Shown piece after piece: positions 12,332 through 26,570 of a stretch of DNA of 64,000 nt. This DNA is from Laetmonice hystrix. Its lineage: Eukaryota. The translations under genes and the position numbers were made by a program. Within the stretch, counting starts at the first letter, position 1, and each line of letters begins with the position of its first letter. The notes beneath the pieces are model-generated. The model was not told the DNA's origin and searched no databases. It worked only from the letters and a program-made list of their open reading frames with translations. Location: assembly GCA_965235115.1 (NCBI GenBank), contig OZ249436.1:1862001-1926000 (forward strand), in the 5' to 3' direction.

Positions 12332-15032
12332 CTGACCGGAAGACTACGCGGGGGGTATAATTGTCGGGTAAGGTGTGAAAACAGTAAGTTAATGACCAGC
12401 CTTCGGCATCTACATAATGCTGCCTTTACAGGCCAGGTTAGGCCAAAGAAACACTTCGTGTGGGACGAAGGAAGAAAGTTTTGAGGGACATGCAGAAATA
12501 TACCAAATAGCAACGATGAGCAGCCAACATATAAGTTGATTTGCCAAGGACGCCAAATATTAAATGAAATCATTTGAATTATGCAGACTAACTTTCCTCT
12601 AGAGACTAGTAAAGGCAGGTAAATCATGCATGATAACGTTCAAAAAGTATTAAAAATACTTCTACCTTTGACATGAACATGATGGTGATCGGTACACATC
12701 ATCACTGACAGGATATATTTTTCCTATGACTATGTATATAATAGTTACCGAAAACATTATAGTCCAAGCTCGACAGGCACACTTTACCCTTTTTTTACTT
12801 TTGATTAACACTAATTGATTCAATACCTTGAAGAAAATATAGAAGGTATACCTTTCCAAACATAAAAACGTTAAATAGATCAAATAACAATTGTTTTTCT
12901 TTCTGCTAAATATTGATGCCTATATATTCCTCTTTACCGACGAGTAGTTTGGGCATATACAGGCCGTATCCAGGTGGCCGGCATGCAGAATTTGGATTTT
13001 ATAAAAGTTTTATGATTGGAAATATTATAGGCCTAGTAAACAAAAATAGGAAACCATGCATGCAGATAGGTCCTTTACTGCTGCAGTATAATAATACTCA
13101 CTTTTTCGATACTTTTTGTCGATACATATGTGCATGCCCGTTGCATTTTACACACGTAGGCCTACGGTATATTTATACATTTTCAGCGGGTGTATATGGA
13201 TCGACAATGAAAAGTTCTTAGTTGTGTCATTCACAGAAGAGCGGTTCAGGAATGTGTATAGAAACAGGAGCGAGCCAAACTGCCGTGGTACCAGGCTGAG
13301 TATGTAGAGTTCGGCATTATGTAGTTGTGGTTTACGTGTTTACATGCAGAGTTAGGTATAAACAAACATGACGAAGGTAGACGCTCGGCGGAGGACGGCG
13401 TCTGTAGTCACGATCACCGGGACGCTGTATATGACGGGACAGGAAGTCGGTCCCAGCAGACCGCAGTGAATACATCATTAATCACTGATTGGTTCAACCA
13501 GCTGTCAATCATAAACCATGTGATCTGTCACCACCTCCGCCGTCCTCTGCAGCTCGGAGATTTTAAAACCCCACCAGGTGGTGCATGGAGAATAATGATG
13601 GATGACTCCAATTGTCGAATAAAGATACATTAAATATTTGTCGAAATCTATTGTGTAACACGGCAGTTCGAAGACGAGCCGTGCACTCTCTTCGATACTC
13701 TTATAGAAATGTACAGAAACTTATATACGGATGTTATGGTCTAACGATTACTTTCTGTTTGTAGATTGTTTCCTGTGTGGTTTTGATTTCAATTCAGGCC
13801 TTGAATACGATTATATAAGTGTTCACTTTCTTACATCGCGCGGGATACCGTGACAAGCGTTTTGCAATCTCCGTGCGGCGTCATGTTTATTCACAGACTC
13901 AGTTCTAGTTTTGTTACATTTTCTCAAACACCAATCCTCACAGTTTCAATTAAAGACAACTTAGAAAGTGAATGTAACCGACAGACAAAAAGAAACCACT
14001 CCATTAAACTCCGGCTGGTGGCGGCTGACACGTGAGGAAGCTATTCACCAGCTGCCGGGGTGCGTGTGTAGGTTTACCTAGATCTAATATTAAATTTAAA
14101 AACTTGCAAAGTAAGTGAGCTTCGTTCGTGTTTCCAAGTCTCTTGCCATAGAATTCACACAAAACAAGTGGGATATCGGCACGCGGGAAGTTTAAGGTGG
14201 ACGGTAGACTGAATCAGTAAGACATGACGACAACACATCAGTCTCAGGGATCCGGAACTAACGTCAATAACGGTTTAACCGCACAATGCAAGCCCGGCTT
14301 GCATTTGATGCCCGCTTGGTGAAAAACGTCCCCGGCATGCACCGCGGAACTTAAACCATATTACGTTAAGTTTCGTCCTATCACGTTCTCAATGTATTTT
14401 TCATAGCTCATTCCTCCTGCAAGCGATTTGATAATATTTGATTCAGTAGAACACGATATAAAGATTTACATTTTAGCCAAGCTAAAGTATGCTTTAATCA
14501 TGGGAATTTTCAATCACTCTAATAACATGCCACCACGATAAATTTTTATCAATTGAATTTAGCGACAGAACTATAGACCCGGCGTATGGTTTTGATGTAT
14601 AGATTTTTACTCTAAACATTCCATCAAGCTTCTTGGATTCATGTATAAATGTTTCATGGAAAAGTGGCCAGGGAAAGTACGGACAGCACGGAAACCTGAA
14701 AGCCGGCGGCTAACAAAGACTTTGAAACTATCGGCGCATTGCCTGATTCCCAGCAATCTGACGAGACGGCCACAAAGACGGCTCGGCTCAACAATCAAAG
14801 GTATTTCAAGCAGTTAATTGATTCGTATTGTCTCCCTATGTGGACTTTTTAGCAAACTAAGTTTCTCCGTGCAAGGCTGTGTGTGTGCCGTGTGAGGGTG
14901 CGGATCTATTAGGATTGACAGCGGCTGTGGTTGTGAAGACAAAGCTCGCCGTCAACCATCCATCACCGGCTGGTGCTGGGGGCCGTGAGACTTGGCCATG
15001 GGACGGCCGCGTGTGACGGGTGGTAGTGTGAG

Positions 15033-15750
15033 GACAGCCCGGGAACGGACCGGGGACAGACCGGGAACGGACCGGGGACAGCCCGGGAACGGACCGGCGA
15101 CAGCCCGGGAACGGGGACAGATCGGGAACGGACCGGGGACAGCCCGGGAACGGGGACAGCCCGGGAACGGACCGGGGACAGGCCGGGAACGGACCGGGGA
15201 CAGGCCGGGAACGGACCGGGGACAGACCGGGAACGGACCGGAGACAGGCCGGGAACGGGGACAGCCCGGGAACGGACCGGGGACAGGCCGGGAACGGACC
15301 GGGGACAGGCCGGGAACGGGGACAGCCCGGGAACGGACCGGGGACAGGCCGGGAACGGACCAGGGAAAGGCCGGGAACGGACCAGGGACAGGCCGGGAAC
15401 GGACCGGGGACAGGCCGGGAACGGGGACAGATCGGGAACGGACCGGGGACAGCCCGGGAACGGACCGGGGACAGGCCGGGAACAGGGACAGGCCGGGAAC
15501 GGGGACAGGCCGGGAACGGAACGGGGACAGGCCGGGAACGGACCAGGGACAGGCCGGGAACGGGGACAGGCCGGGAACGGAACGGGGACAGCCCGGGAAC
15601 GGACCGGGGACAGGCCGGGAACGGACCGGGGACAGGCTGGGAACGGACCGGGGACAGGCCGGGAACGGACCGGGGACAGACCGGGAACGGGGACAGGCCG
15701 GGAACAGAACGGGAACAGACCGGGAACGATACGGGGACAGACCAGGAACG
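15033..15750. repeat. GC-rich modular minisatellite (GGGAACGGACC / GGGGACAGGCC units)
   Basis: Almost no T on the + strand, which explains the long stop-free ORFs in several frames. Confidence 0.9.
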
Positions 15751-16084
15751 GAGCGGCGGGAGGCCAAGGACCAGCAGCAGACAGACCGGCGAATTGTCAT
15801 TAGCCTCGGTATGAGCAATGTGAACTGAGGGATACAAGGGTGGAGGTTAACTGGTAGAGGCCCCCTCCTCCTGTCAGTTTCCCTGTTCCCCCATTTATTT
15901 TGGTACATGCAGTTTCCTGACTTGGCCCCATTAGACCCAGTCTTTTCAACCTTTTTCCGGATTTTCTTGGGGAGCATTTCATGTCGAACTATCTTTCACA
16001 CCAATCCGATCCTAATAATATCTGACATAATATGTCACATTACATTATAAACTATACTGGGGACTTTCACAAAACTTAATGAGT

Positions 16085-17541
16085 AACATCAGGTTACACC
16101 TAATATAACATCAAGTTAAACCTAATATAACCTCAAGTTACACCTAATATAACCCCAAGTTACCCCTAATATAACATCAAGTTACACCTAATATAACCTC
16201 AAGTTACACCTAATATAACATCAAGTTACACCTAATATAACATCAAGTCACACCTAATATAACATGTTACACCTAATATAACATCGAGTTACACCTAATA
16301 TAACATCAAGTTACACCTAATATAACATCAAGTCACACCTAATATAACATCAAGTTACACCTAATATAACATCAAGTCACACCTAACATAACATCAAGTT
16401 ACACCTAATATAACATCAAGTTACACCTAATATAACACCAAGTTACACCTAATATAACATCAAGTTACACCTGATATAACAAGTTACACCTAATATAACA
16501 TCAAGTTAAACCTAATATAACACCAAGTTACACCTAATATAACACCAAGTTACACCTAATATAACATCAAGTCACACCTAATATAACATGTTACACCTAA
16601 TATAACATCAAGTTACACCTAATATAACATCAACCGGGAATATAACCTCAAGATACACCTAATATAACATCAAGTTACACCTAATATAACATCAAGTTAC
16701 ACCTAATATAACATCAAGTTACACCTAATATAACATCAAGTTACACCTAATATAACATCAAGTTACACCTAACATAACACCAAGTTACACCTAATATAAC
16801 ATCACGTTACACCTAATATAACATCCAGTCACACCTAATATAACATGTTACACCTAATATAACATCAAGTTACACCTAATATAACATCAAGTTACACCTA
16901 ATATAACCTCAAGTTACACCTAATATAACACCAAGTTACACCTAATATAACATCAAGTTACACCTAATATAACATCGAGTTACACCTAATATAACATCAA
17001 GTCACACCTAATATAACATCGAGTTACACCTAATATAACATCACGTTACACCTAATATAACATCAAGTTACACCTAATATAACATGTTACACCTAATATA
17101 ACACCAAGTCACACCTAATATAACACCAAGTTACACCTAACATAACACCAAGTTACACCTACTATAACATTAAGTTACACCTATGACATAACATCAAGAT
17201 ACACCTAATATAACATCAAGTTACACCTAATATAACACCAAGTTACACCTAATATAACATCAAGTTACACCTACTATAACCTCAAGTTACACCTAATATA
17301 ACATCACGTTACACCTAATATAACATCAAGTTAAACCTAATATAACACCAAGTTACACCTAATATAACATCAAGTTACACCTAATATAACATCACGTTAC
17401 ACCTAATATAACATCAAGTTACACCTAATATAACATCGAGTTACACCTAATATAACATCGAGTTACACCTAATATAACATCACGTTACACCTAATATAAC
17501 ACCAAGTTACACCTAATATAACATCAAGTTACACCTAATAT
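16085..17541. repeat. 22-bp minisatellite, about 65 copies
   Basis: ACCTAATATAACATCAAGTTAC. Confidence 0.96.
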
Positions 17542-18735
17542 CCTATCTGAGTGTCTGCACAGTTGTTATGAGGAAGGCTGGACAGTGAATTCGCGGGAAA
17601 CTTTATTAACAACTTTGTTCGGATAAAGTTCCACCAACATACAGAGAGGAACGGGACGACGTCCAGCATAGATATGAGGTGAGCATCTGTTGTCTCACAC
17701 TGGGACGTCGGAGGGGGTATGACGTTTTACCCTGGCAAGAGGGTGGGTTTTATACTACTGGTGGGCAGCCCTTGTGATCAGATGGGGTAGATCTCTATGA
17801 TATTAATATCAGTATATCACTGTATTTAAGTGATTTCGGTAAAAAGATTCAAACTCTGGAGGTTTTAATGAAAACACCTGAAAATGACAAGTCGTCATCA
17901 GGGTTGGATCAGCCCGGGTTGGATCAGCTCGGGTTGGATCAGCCCGGGTTGGATCAGCCGGTGTCAGTAAGTGTAAACGAACCCATCAGATATCCTAGCC
18001 AGCTATCATAGGTAGAGTTGGCCGGGATCTTTGCCCCACAGGGATCTGACGGCGGGTGTTATAATACTGCCATGATACAAGACGTTTTGTACACTAAGGT
18101 CGTTAATACTGGCGATGATCGCGATGATCGCCGTCACACAGTCGCGAGGAGGAAACGTAAGGCGACATGAATGGTATCTGCTGGTCATTACACGACAATC
18201 TTCACACGGTGTCCTCCCGACTCTAAGTCAAGGTCGGTACAGCAATCTGCTTGACCTTCTCGACGTTTGTGAATCTTTATGTGGATGGAGTTGCCAAGAT
18301 ATTGAGATCAAAAGGAGCGTTCCCATGTAAAGGTTCATACGTCATTGTCTATGGATAGTTGTACGACCAGTACATGTATACGACAGCGCCACTCGGGTTT
18401 GGCGGTTATCGGGGGATCTAAACTTGGGAAAGATTGAGGTCATACACCTGAAACAACGGCGAGTCGAGGACACCCGCTTTTGTTGACAGTTAAATAGGCC
18501 TTTTTCATGTTGACGTCATTATAAGTCTATGGGGAATTCCCTTCTCGTGCAGTGCATGCTGGACTAGATCTATACGTTATGATAGGTTGATCAACAAACG
18601 AGTATTGTATGGCGGCGTTAGGCCCCTTCCTATACTCAAGTTCTTTAACAGATCTGTAGTGATATGCCGTCAGTTTTGAAGGTCAACTATATTTTTATCA
18701 TTTTAACCTTCACCGGGCGAGATCCAACGACTCAA

Positions 18736-18960
18736 GCCATTGGGCCTATTGCTATAGCTATTGACTCATGGCTGCCACAAGCCATTGGGCCTATTGCTAT
18801 AGCTATTGACTCATGGCTGCCACATGCCATTGGGCCTATTGCTATAGCTATTGACTCATGGCTGCCACATGCCATTGGACCTATTGCTATAGCTATTGAC
18901 TCATGGCTGCCACATGCCATTGGGCCTATTGCTATAGCTATTGACTCATGGATGCCACAT
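18736..18960. repeat. 45-bp tandem repeat x5
   Basis: GCCATTGGGCCTATTGCTATAGCTATTGACTCATGGCTGCCACAT. Confidence 0.92.
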
Positions 18961-19740
18961 ATACCACAGGTTATTCAACAATGCATCGCACCGAAGTCAT
19001 CAGGAGTGAGGCCAATGGGAAAACAATTAAAAGTTGGTGTCAAATGTGAGGACCCCCCCCCCCTCCCCGACCCCCTGGATCAGCACTGGTTTTGTTCGGG
19101 AATCCTATATGATTGTCGTATATCTTTAAGTTTTCCGTGCTCGAAGGTAAACTATGTCGGGCTGGGAGATATAAATCATCAAAATCTTGTGAGATCTTTC
19201 GCCTGAGGGTTGACAAATTCACAGCATGAGGAACGACTCTCAAAACATGAGGTTGTTTATCAGATCGTTGATGAAAACATAGATCGTTGATGAAAACATA
19301 GATCGTTGATGAAAACACCTCAGAGTGAAGAATTGTAAGGTGAGATATATTATCATCTATGTAATCAGGAGTAAGTTAATTAGCTCACCCCCCCCGTGAA
19401 GTTTATAGATTTGTGAGGCTGTTGTTTCGGTGTGTGATTTTAATGACAGCACACAAACCTCTACCAGAGTACCAGCGCTCGGTTGGCCTGGTCACGGGTT
19501 ATCTTGTAATGGGAACTACCTGTGAGTCACGGAACATTATGTCCTCTACAGTGTGATGTATGTACTCTATAACAACTGGGTACCAAACAGTGGAGGAGAG
19601 TGGATTCTCAAGTTTGGGGAAAAGATGGATGCGTATGGAACAGAGCCAACCCCATAAATCTAATGAGCCCCAGGAATCACCGATCGCAGGGTTGGCTTCA
19701 GCGAGTTATAACACACACTTATATTATAATAAGGCATTAA

Positions 19741-20050
19741 AGCAATCACCGATTATATCTCATTTCAATGACTCCAAAATGCAAACATGGGCTGTATAGA
19801 TTAGATAAGGCCTTAGACTACATAAATCAATAAATGTATACCCACAGAAATGGAGAAATCTATTGACATTCGACATGCCAGTTGCCTGTTGTCGCCATGA
19901 AGCGAACGTCTCATGGCTGGTTTTTGACCTGGCATTGACCTGAACTGTTCAATTCCATTTATTGATTTATGTAGTCTTAGGTCTTATCTAACCTAACAGC
20001 CCATGTTTGCATTTTGGAGTCATTGAAATGAGAGATACTTGGTGATTGCT
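19741..20050. mobile_element. MITE with TIRs of about 100 bp and TTAA TSD (Kolobok-like)
   Basis: TTAA|AGCAATCACC...CTCATTTCAATGACTCCAAAATGCAAACATGGGCTGT, and its reverse complement ending GGTGATTGCT|TTAA. Termini are RR..YY. Confidence 0.8.
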
Positions 20051-20219
20051 TTAAGGATACAAAAAATTGGAAACTTAATAGTTGCCTACACTACAACTAT
20101 GTTAATGTAAATTGGACAATCCTTTAACATGCCACGTTACGTGCCGAGGAATAATCATTTACCAGGTCGACTTTAACATTGCATTTGTATGCATACATAT
20201 GGCAAAAAAACCATGTGTC

Positions 20220-20712
20220 CTTGAACACCAGTTCTCTCTCGTACAAGGTGCGAGCCAATGTTTGAATACTGACTTGAACACCAGTTCTGTCTCGTACAAG
20301 GTGCGAGCCAATGTTTGAATACTGACTTGAACACCAGTTCTGTCTCGTACAAGGTGCGAGCCAATGTTTGAATACTGACTTGAACACCAGTTCTGTCTCG
20401 TACAAGGTGCGAGCCAATGTTTGAATACTGACTTGAACACCAGTTCTGTCTCGTACAAGGTGCGAGCCAATGTTTGAATACTGACTTGAACACCAGTTCT
20501 GTCTCGTACAAGGTGCGAGCCAATGTTTGAATACTGACTTGAACACCAGTTCTGTCTCGTACAAGGTGCGAGCCAATGTTTGAATACTGACTTGAACACC
20601 AGTTCTGTCTCGTACAAGATGCGAGCCAATGTTTGAATACTGACTTGAACACCAGTTCTGTCTCGTACAAGATGCGAGCCAATGTTTGAATACTGACTTG
20701 AACACCAGTTCT
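20220..20712. repeat. 53-bp tandem repeat x9
   Basis: TTGAACACCAGTTCTGTCTCGTACAAGGTGCGAGCCAATGTTTGAATACTGAC. Confidence 0.95.
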
Positions 20713-21087
20713 GAATACTGGCGACCATGTTTCCCTATTGAAACCAAGTCTCCCCCCCCCCCCACACACACACACATAATTTGCTTCCGGCGCCGTTGCT
20801 ACCAACGGAGACTGATAGCAGTCCCAGCTCTGGCCGCCAGGTGGCAGGTTGAGGGAGCGACTGTGACAGGGACGCCATAGTTATGATCACGTGATCTGCC
20901 GAGGAGTTGTATGGAGAGAGGAGCTGTTTTAGTGTAAATGTTTATAAGTGTACTGTCGCAACGGCCTAAGATGGACTATATTTTGAAAAGTCTATTTGTG
21001 TTCAGTATATAATAAATGTTGTTCGTTCGAAACAATGGTATAGAATTGTGTTTTTACTCTTGTCATTTCTTCAAACATAGGCTAATC

Positions 21088-21188
21088 GTTCTCTCCCTAT
21101 ATCTCTATCGCTCTCTATATCTCTCGATCCTTCTGTCTCCATCTGTCTCTCTATCTCTTTCGGTCGGTTGCTCGCTCTCTCCCCCTCT

Positions 21189-21236
<48 letters not shown>

Positions 21237-21340
21237 CCTCTCTCTCTCTCTTTCTCTCTATCTCTCTCGGTCGGTTGCTCTCTCTCTCCCTCCTCTCTCT
21301 CTCCCCCTGTCTCTCTATCTCCCCCCTTCCCTCTCTCCCA
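21088..21340. repeat. (CT)n microsatellite / pyrimidine tract
   Basis: Direct inspection. Confidence 0.9.
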
Positions 21341-21456
21341 TATCCCCCCACCCTCCAATAGACATTTCATGAAGTCTCGTTGTTTAAATGGGTCCTTAAA
21401 ACCACTTTGGTAGACAATGCCATAGAAGGCGCCGGTCTATTATAGGAGTACATAGA

Positions 21457-21968
21457 AATTCAAAGTCTTCATACATAGACTCCACACATACTTTTTGTAC
21501 TAACAATGAATTCAAAGTCTTCATACATAGACTCCACACATACTTTTTGTACTAACAATGAATTCAAAGTCTTCATACATAGACTCCACACATACTTTTT
21601 GTACTAACAATGAATTCAAAGTCTTCATACATAGACTCCACACATACTTTTTGTACTAACAATGAATTCAAAGTCTTCATACATAGACTCCACACATACT
21701 TTTTGTACTAACAATGAATTCAAAGTCTTCATACATAGACTCCACACATACTTTTTGTACTAACAATGAATTCAAAGTCTTCATACATAGACTCCACACA
21801 TACTTTTTGTACTAACAATGAATTCAAAGTCTTCATACATAGACTCCACACATACTTTTTGTACTAACAATGAATTCAAAGTCTTCATACATAGACTCCA
21901 CACATACTTTTTGTACTAACAATGAATTCAAAGTCTTCATACATAGACTCCACACATACTTTTTGTAC
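21457..21968. repeat. 52-bp near-perfect tandem repeat x10
   Basis: AATTCAAAGTCTTCATACATAGACTCCACACATACTTTTTGTACTAACAATG. Confidence 0.95.
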
Positions 21969-23149
21969 AAACAATAAATCATCAACCGGATACTTTATCC
22001 CTATAATTTACGGTAATACCACGTGCGCGTTTTATTCCTGGTAAGACGGCCGTGACGGGCGGCGTCTCTCACGAACGCCGGTCGGATTATCACCCCCACA
22101 CACCCCACACAGTCCTTGTCACCTCACACAGCCACCCTCTCAGCGGCCAGATAAATCATAGCCGACAAACTAAGTGGTTTAATGGCCAAAGTCCCATTAC
22201 ATCAGTGAAGCAACATTTAGAAAAATCACCCTCTCCGAACAACTGGCTTCAAGTCCACCAAAAATACGCTAATACGACGGCTCATTACTGGGGGTGTTTG
22301 AACGAGGCAGCACAGAATGGATTAACTACGCAAATGGAAAGAAGCGAGAGTGAGGCCCCACTGCGCGCTCGCCAAGATAATAGTCATCAGCACTTTCACA
22401 ATTCGTTAAATATTTCATTTTCGTAATCGGCCACGGATGGCTTCCAGTTCTGTGTTTTCCAACATTTGTACAGAGAATCGTATAAATCACCGGTCGGCGT
22501 GGAGGGGTGGGGTGGGGAGGGGTTGGGTTGGGGGTAGGCCCCCGCCCAACAACCAGGGTGGAGCGGGTGGGGGCCGGGGTTGGCAGCCAATCGATCGACC
22601 GTGTTCTCAATCCACCTGCTGTACCAGCACATGGCAACTCGTGTGCTGCCCTCTGCCGGCAACTTCGCGAAATGACACCTTGGTCTGTGGTACTAATACA
22701 GGTGTAGAAGAAAATCCTAGTGGAGAATCTCACTTACCTAGGCGCCATACCTGGCGCTAATATTCTAAGTTCTATTAGCTACTATGGTCAGAAGTATGTT
22801 ATTTCAATGGACCAGCCAGGATTACGGAGGAGTGCCCTGGGGCCCTGGGGCCCTGGGGCACCCCAATGCAGGGGTTCCATTGAAATTACCTATAGGCCTA
22901 CTCTTGACAGTGGAATATTGGACTTTGAACATTTCGACCAGGTAAAAACGCCACTACTCACTCACTCACTCACTCACTCACTCGACCAGGTATGAGGCCG
23001 AACTAAGTGGGATTCTCCCGTATTTGTATTTCATTTTGTGGTTACTTATAGAGACATTTTATTAATTCTATCCATCAACTTAAAAAAGCCAACCAACCAC
23101 GTTATGTGGTACATTAGGCCACATTAAGCCTAGCTGGCTCCCTGTCTCC

Positions 23150-23296
<147 letters not shown>

Positions 23297-23981
23297 TTTC
23301 TTTATCTATTTCTCTCGCGCGCGCGAGGACGAGTGGTAAAGTCGTGGCGCTGTGCTGCCCCCATGCGGAAAATATTGTTGACGCCTCTTTGCCGCCAGAT
23401 GGCAGTCAAATATGCCCTGTCCGCCTTCAGCCTGGACGAATGAACTGCACCGATTATGCTGTATTTATAGAGGATTTGAAGGGCCTACGGGTAAAAAGCA
23501 TGTAATACTAACATTTCTCAACAGGAAACGTTATTATTTATGCACGGTTCACCACGTACAAATGGCCAACATTTAAACCACCTAGACAATATTGAAATAT
23601 TTATCCTACACAAGATATCCTGACCCCTGTTCTTTCACGGTCTGAGCTTCATGACTGTAGAGTCTACCAGTTTCGTGGTCAATTGACGGAAGGTGAACAC
23701 GGGAATCAAAGTCTGTCAGAGACTTTGTTTGTGGTCTGGCAATGACTGCCTCCCTAGGGGATATAGTGGCCACTCCTGTTGGATCACTAGTCACATCAGA
23801 CAAGCAGGCCCCTATATTGTCACATCAGACAAGCAGGCCCCTATATTTTGGAGTGTAGTACCTGAGCGTACATTTTCAAAACTGTGTGGAGTCGGGTGAA
23901 TAGAATTTTGTCTCCAAATTGACGAGTAAAGAGCAGCGTGTTCCCTATTGAAATAGCATTGCGATCACGTCCTGACCGGTG

Positions 23982-25050
23982 TGACTAATTACCGAAATAT
24001 ACCGGAATATACCGAAATCTATCGAAATCTACCGGAATCTACCGAAATCAAGACACCATAGCCCATGACTAATTACCGAAATCGACCCCCAGACTTACCG
24101 AAATCGACCTCTAATAGTGTTGGGAAGGCCCAAAACTTACCGAAGTCGGCCTCTAGTTGTGTTGGGAATTTAAGGACCCATATTTACCGAAATCGACTTG
24201 TAGGCCTAATTGGGTTTAGGAGCCCCCAAACTTACCGAAATCGACCTCTTATTTGGTTTAGGAGCCCCCAAACTTACCGAAATGGACCTCTAATTGGGTT
24301 TAGGCGCCCCCAGACTTACCGAAATCGACCTCTAATAGTGTTGGGAAGGACCCATATTTACCGAAATCGACCTCTAATTGGGGTTGGCAGCCCAAGATTT
24401 ACCGAAATCGACCTCTAATTGGGTTTGGGAGCCTCCAAACTTACCGAAATCGACCTCTAATAGTGTTCGGTAAATCTGGGGCCTTCCCAACACTATTAGA
24501 GGTCGATTTCGGTAAGTCTGGGGGCTTCCTGACACTATTAGAGGTCGATTTCGGTAAGTTTGGGGGCTCCCAAACCCAATTAGGGGTCGATTTCGGTAAA
24601 TCTTGGGCTCCCAACCCCAATAGAGGTCGATTTCGGTAAATCTGGGGCCTTCCCAACACTATTAGGGGTCGATTTCGGTAAGTCTGGGGGCTTCCCAACA
24701 CTATTAGAGGTCGATTTCGGTAAGTTTGGGGGCTCCCAAACCCAATTAGAGGTCGATTTCGGTAAATCTTGGGCTGCCAACCCCAATTAGAGGTCGATTT
24801 CGGTAAATCTGGGGCCTTCCCAACACTATTAGAGGTCGATTTCGGTAAGTCTGGGGGCTTCCCAACACTATTAGAGGTCGATTTCGGTGAATCTTGGGCT
24901 CCCAACCCCAATTAGAGGTCGATTTCGGTAAATCTGGGGCCTTCCCAACACTATTAGAGGTCGATTTGGGGTTTGGGGGTCGATTTCGGTAATTAGTCAT
25001 GGGGTGTCTGGATTTCGGTACATTTCGGTAGATTTCGGTAGATTTCGGTA
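23982..25050. mobile_element. Foldback-like element: spacerless inverted repeat of about 1 kb built from 41-42 bp units
   Basis: TTACCGAAATCGACCTCTAAT units run forward to about 24462, then in reverse complement (ATTAGAGGTCGATTTCGGTAA) from about 24467. The outer ends match (CCATGACTAATTACCGAAATCGACCCCC and the 10-bp CTACCGAAAT repeats). Confidence 0.8.
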
Positions 25051-25109
25051 GAGATCTATATTCCCACCGTGGGGAGCAGGAATTGTTTCGAAGAAGGGAT
25101 ACGCATGGC

Positions 25110-25613
25110 TAATTACAGATATCAGAAATGCAATTTCTGATATCTCCAATTCAATTATTGATATCTCTAATTCTTAGAATTTTTGATATCACTAAATGAA
25201 TTGGAGATATCAGAAATTGAATTAGCGATATCAAAAATACAATTGTAGATATCATTAAATGAATTAGAGATATCAAAAATTAAGGTGGAATTAATGATAT
25301 CTCTAATTCAATTTTTGATATCAAAAATTGAATTAATGATATCTCTAATTGAATTAGTGATATCTCTAATTCAATTTTTGATATCGGAAAATCAATTTCT
25401 GATATCTCCAATTCAATTAATGATATCAAAAATTGACAGAATTAGAGATATCACTAAATGAATTATTGATATCAGAAATTGAATTAGAGATATCATTAAT
25501 TCCATTTTTGATATCAAAAATTGAATTAGAGATATCATTAATTCAATTAGAGATATCAAAAATTCATTTAGTGATATCACTAAATAGGAATAAATGTTAA
25601 AACGGCGCCCCAT
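25110..25613. repeat. AT-rich quasi-palindromic repeat of about 22 bp centred on GATATC, probable MITE remnant
   Basis: AATT(A/G)GAGATATC..AATT units occur in both orientations. A TIR-like right end is present (GGAATAAATGTTAAAACGGCGCCCCATA). Confidence 0.65.
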
Positions 25614-26570
25614 ATATCTGTCTGTCTCTCGCTCTCGCTCTCGCTCTCGCTCTCTCTCTCTTTCATTCGATCTACATGGGGAGTCTTAGTGCAACAGAGG
25701 CGGTGTCTACCCACTTACACAACAAGCTGCCAACCTGGTTTTGTCAATAATAATAATTTGGATTAGGCTGCACTCGTAATCGTAGCTTCAATTAGTGCTA
25801 CCAAGGTGAGAAACTGGAACGTGGGTTAAACCTCTTCCAGCTTATTTCGTAGGTCAATCATATTTTGTAACAAGTTTGTCTGTCAAGCGTCCACACGTTA
25901 GTCGACCTGTTCACACAGTTGCACAGTATACTAATCATGTGACTGTTGTAGTTTATATGATTCCGTTGCTGACTTCATATTATTTTGCCAAGACTTCACT
26001 TACTTGTCGCATCTTTCGGGTGAAATATCAAGTCTTAGTTTGTTTTGGGTCTGCAGCAGCCCAAAAAATCGATTTAATCCAGCTATAATTCCGCTGCTCA
26101 ATTAAATATAAGTTTGCAGATTGACTTCGTCACTGCAAGATGGCAAATGTGTCGATATATGTGGATAAAACCACATTAACCAAGTAAACATAGGGAGAAA
26201 CAACCTCAGTAAAAAAAAGACAGAAACATATAAATTCGTCAGTAAACGTGGAAGGAGAAGGAACATGATAAAAATCAAACCTTTATTTAATTACCCTGCT
26301 CATGTCAGATATGTTCTTTGACAGGTAGACAAACATTTTTAATATAGTGCACACATTCACACAGCATTTATTATTTCCCATGTGTCTCAACACACCTTGT
26401 ATTACAACCCTCATTGTTTGTTATCATTTCCAGGATATTTGGGGGCGAACCAAGGTGAGAGGTTAGGGATAACACTGGAGCTAGGATTAGGAATAAAGAT
26501 AAATTTTTATTTCTTGCCCGTAGATTTCATGGAGCTGTAACCTTTGGGTGTCTAAATTAGATGACGTAGA

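Noticed and set aside
18664..19206. 180-aa ORF with AIGPIAIAIDSWLPH repeats (loosely like cathepsin 'GPIAVAID')
   Set aside because: This is a 45-bp tandem repeat, and the flanks show no peptidase C1 motifs that I can see. A BLASTX search would settle it.
20124..20805. Three overlapping ORFs of 189-217 aa
   Set aside because: Artefact of a 53-bp repeat that lacks stops on the minus strand. The unit is not a multiple of 3.
24065..25000. PDLPKSTSNSVGK / YRNRPLI repeat ORFs on both strands
   Set aside because: Translations of the foldback repeat units, with frequent frameshifts.
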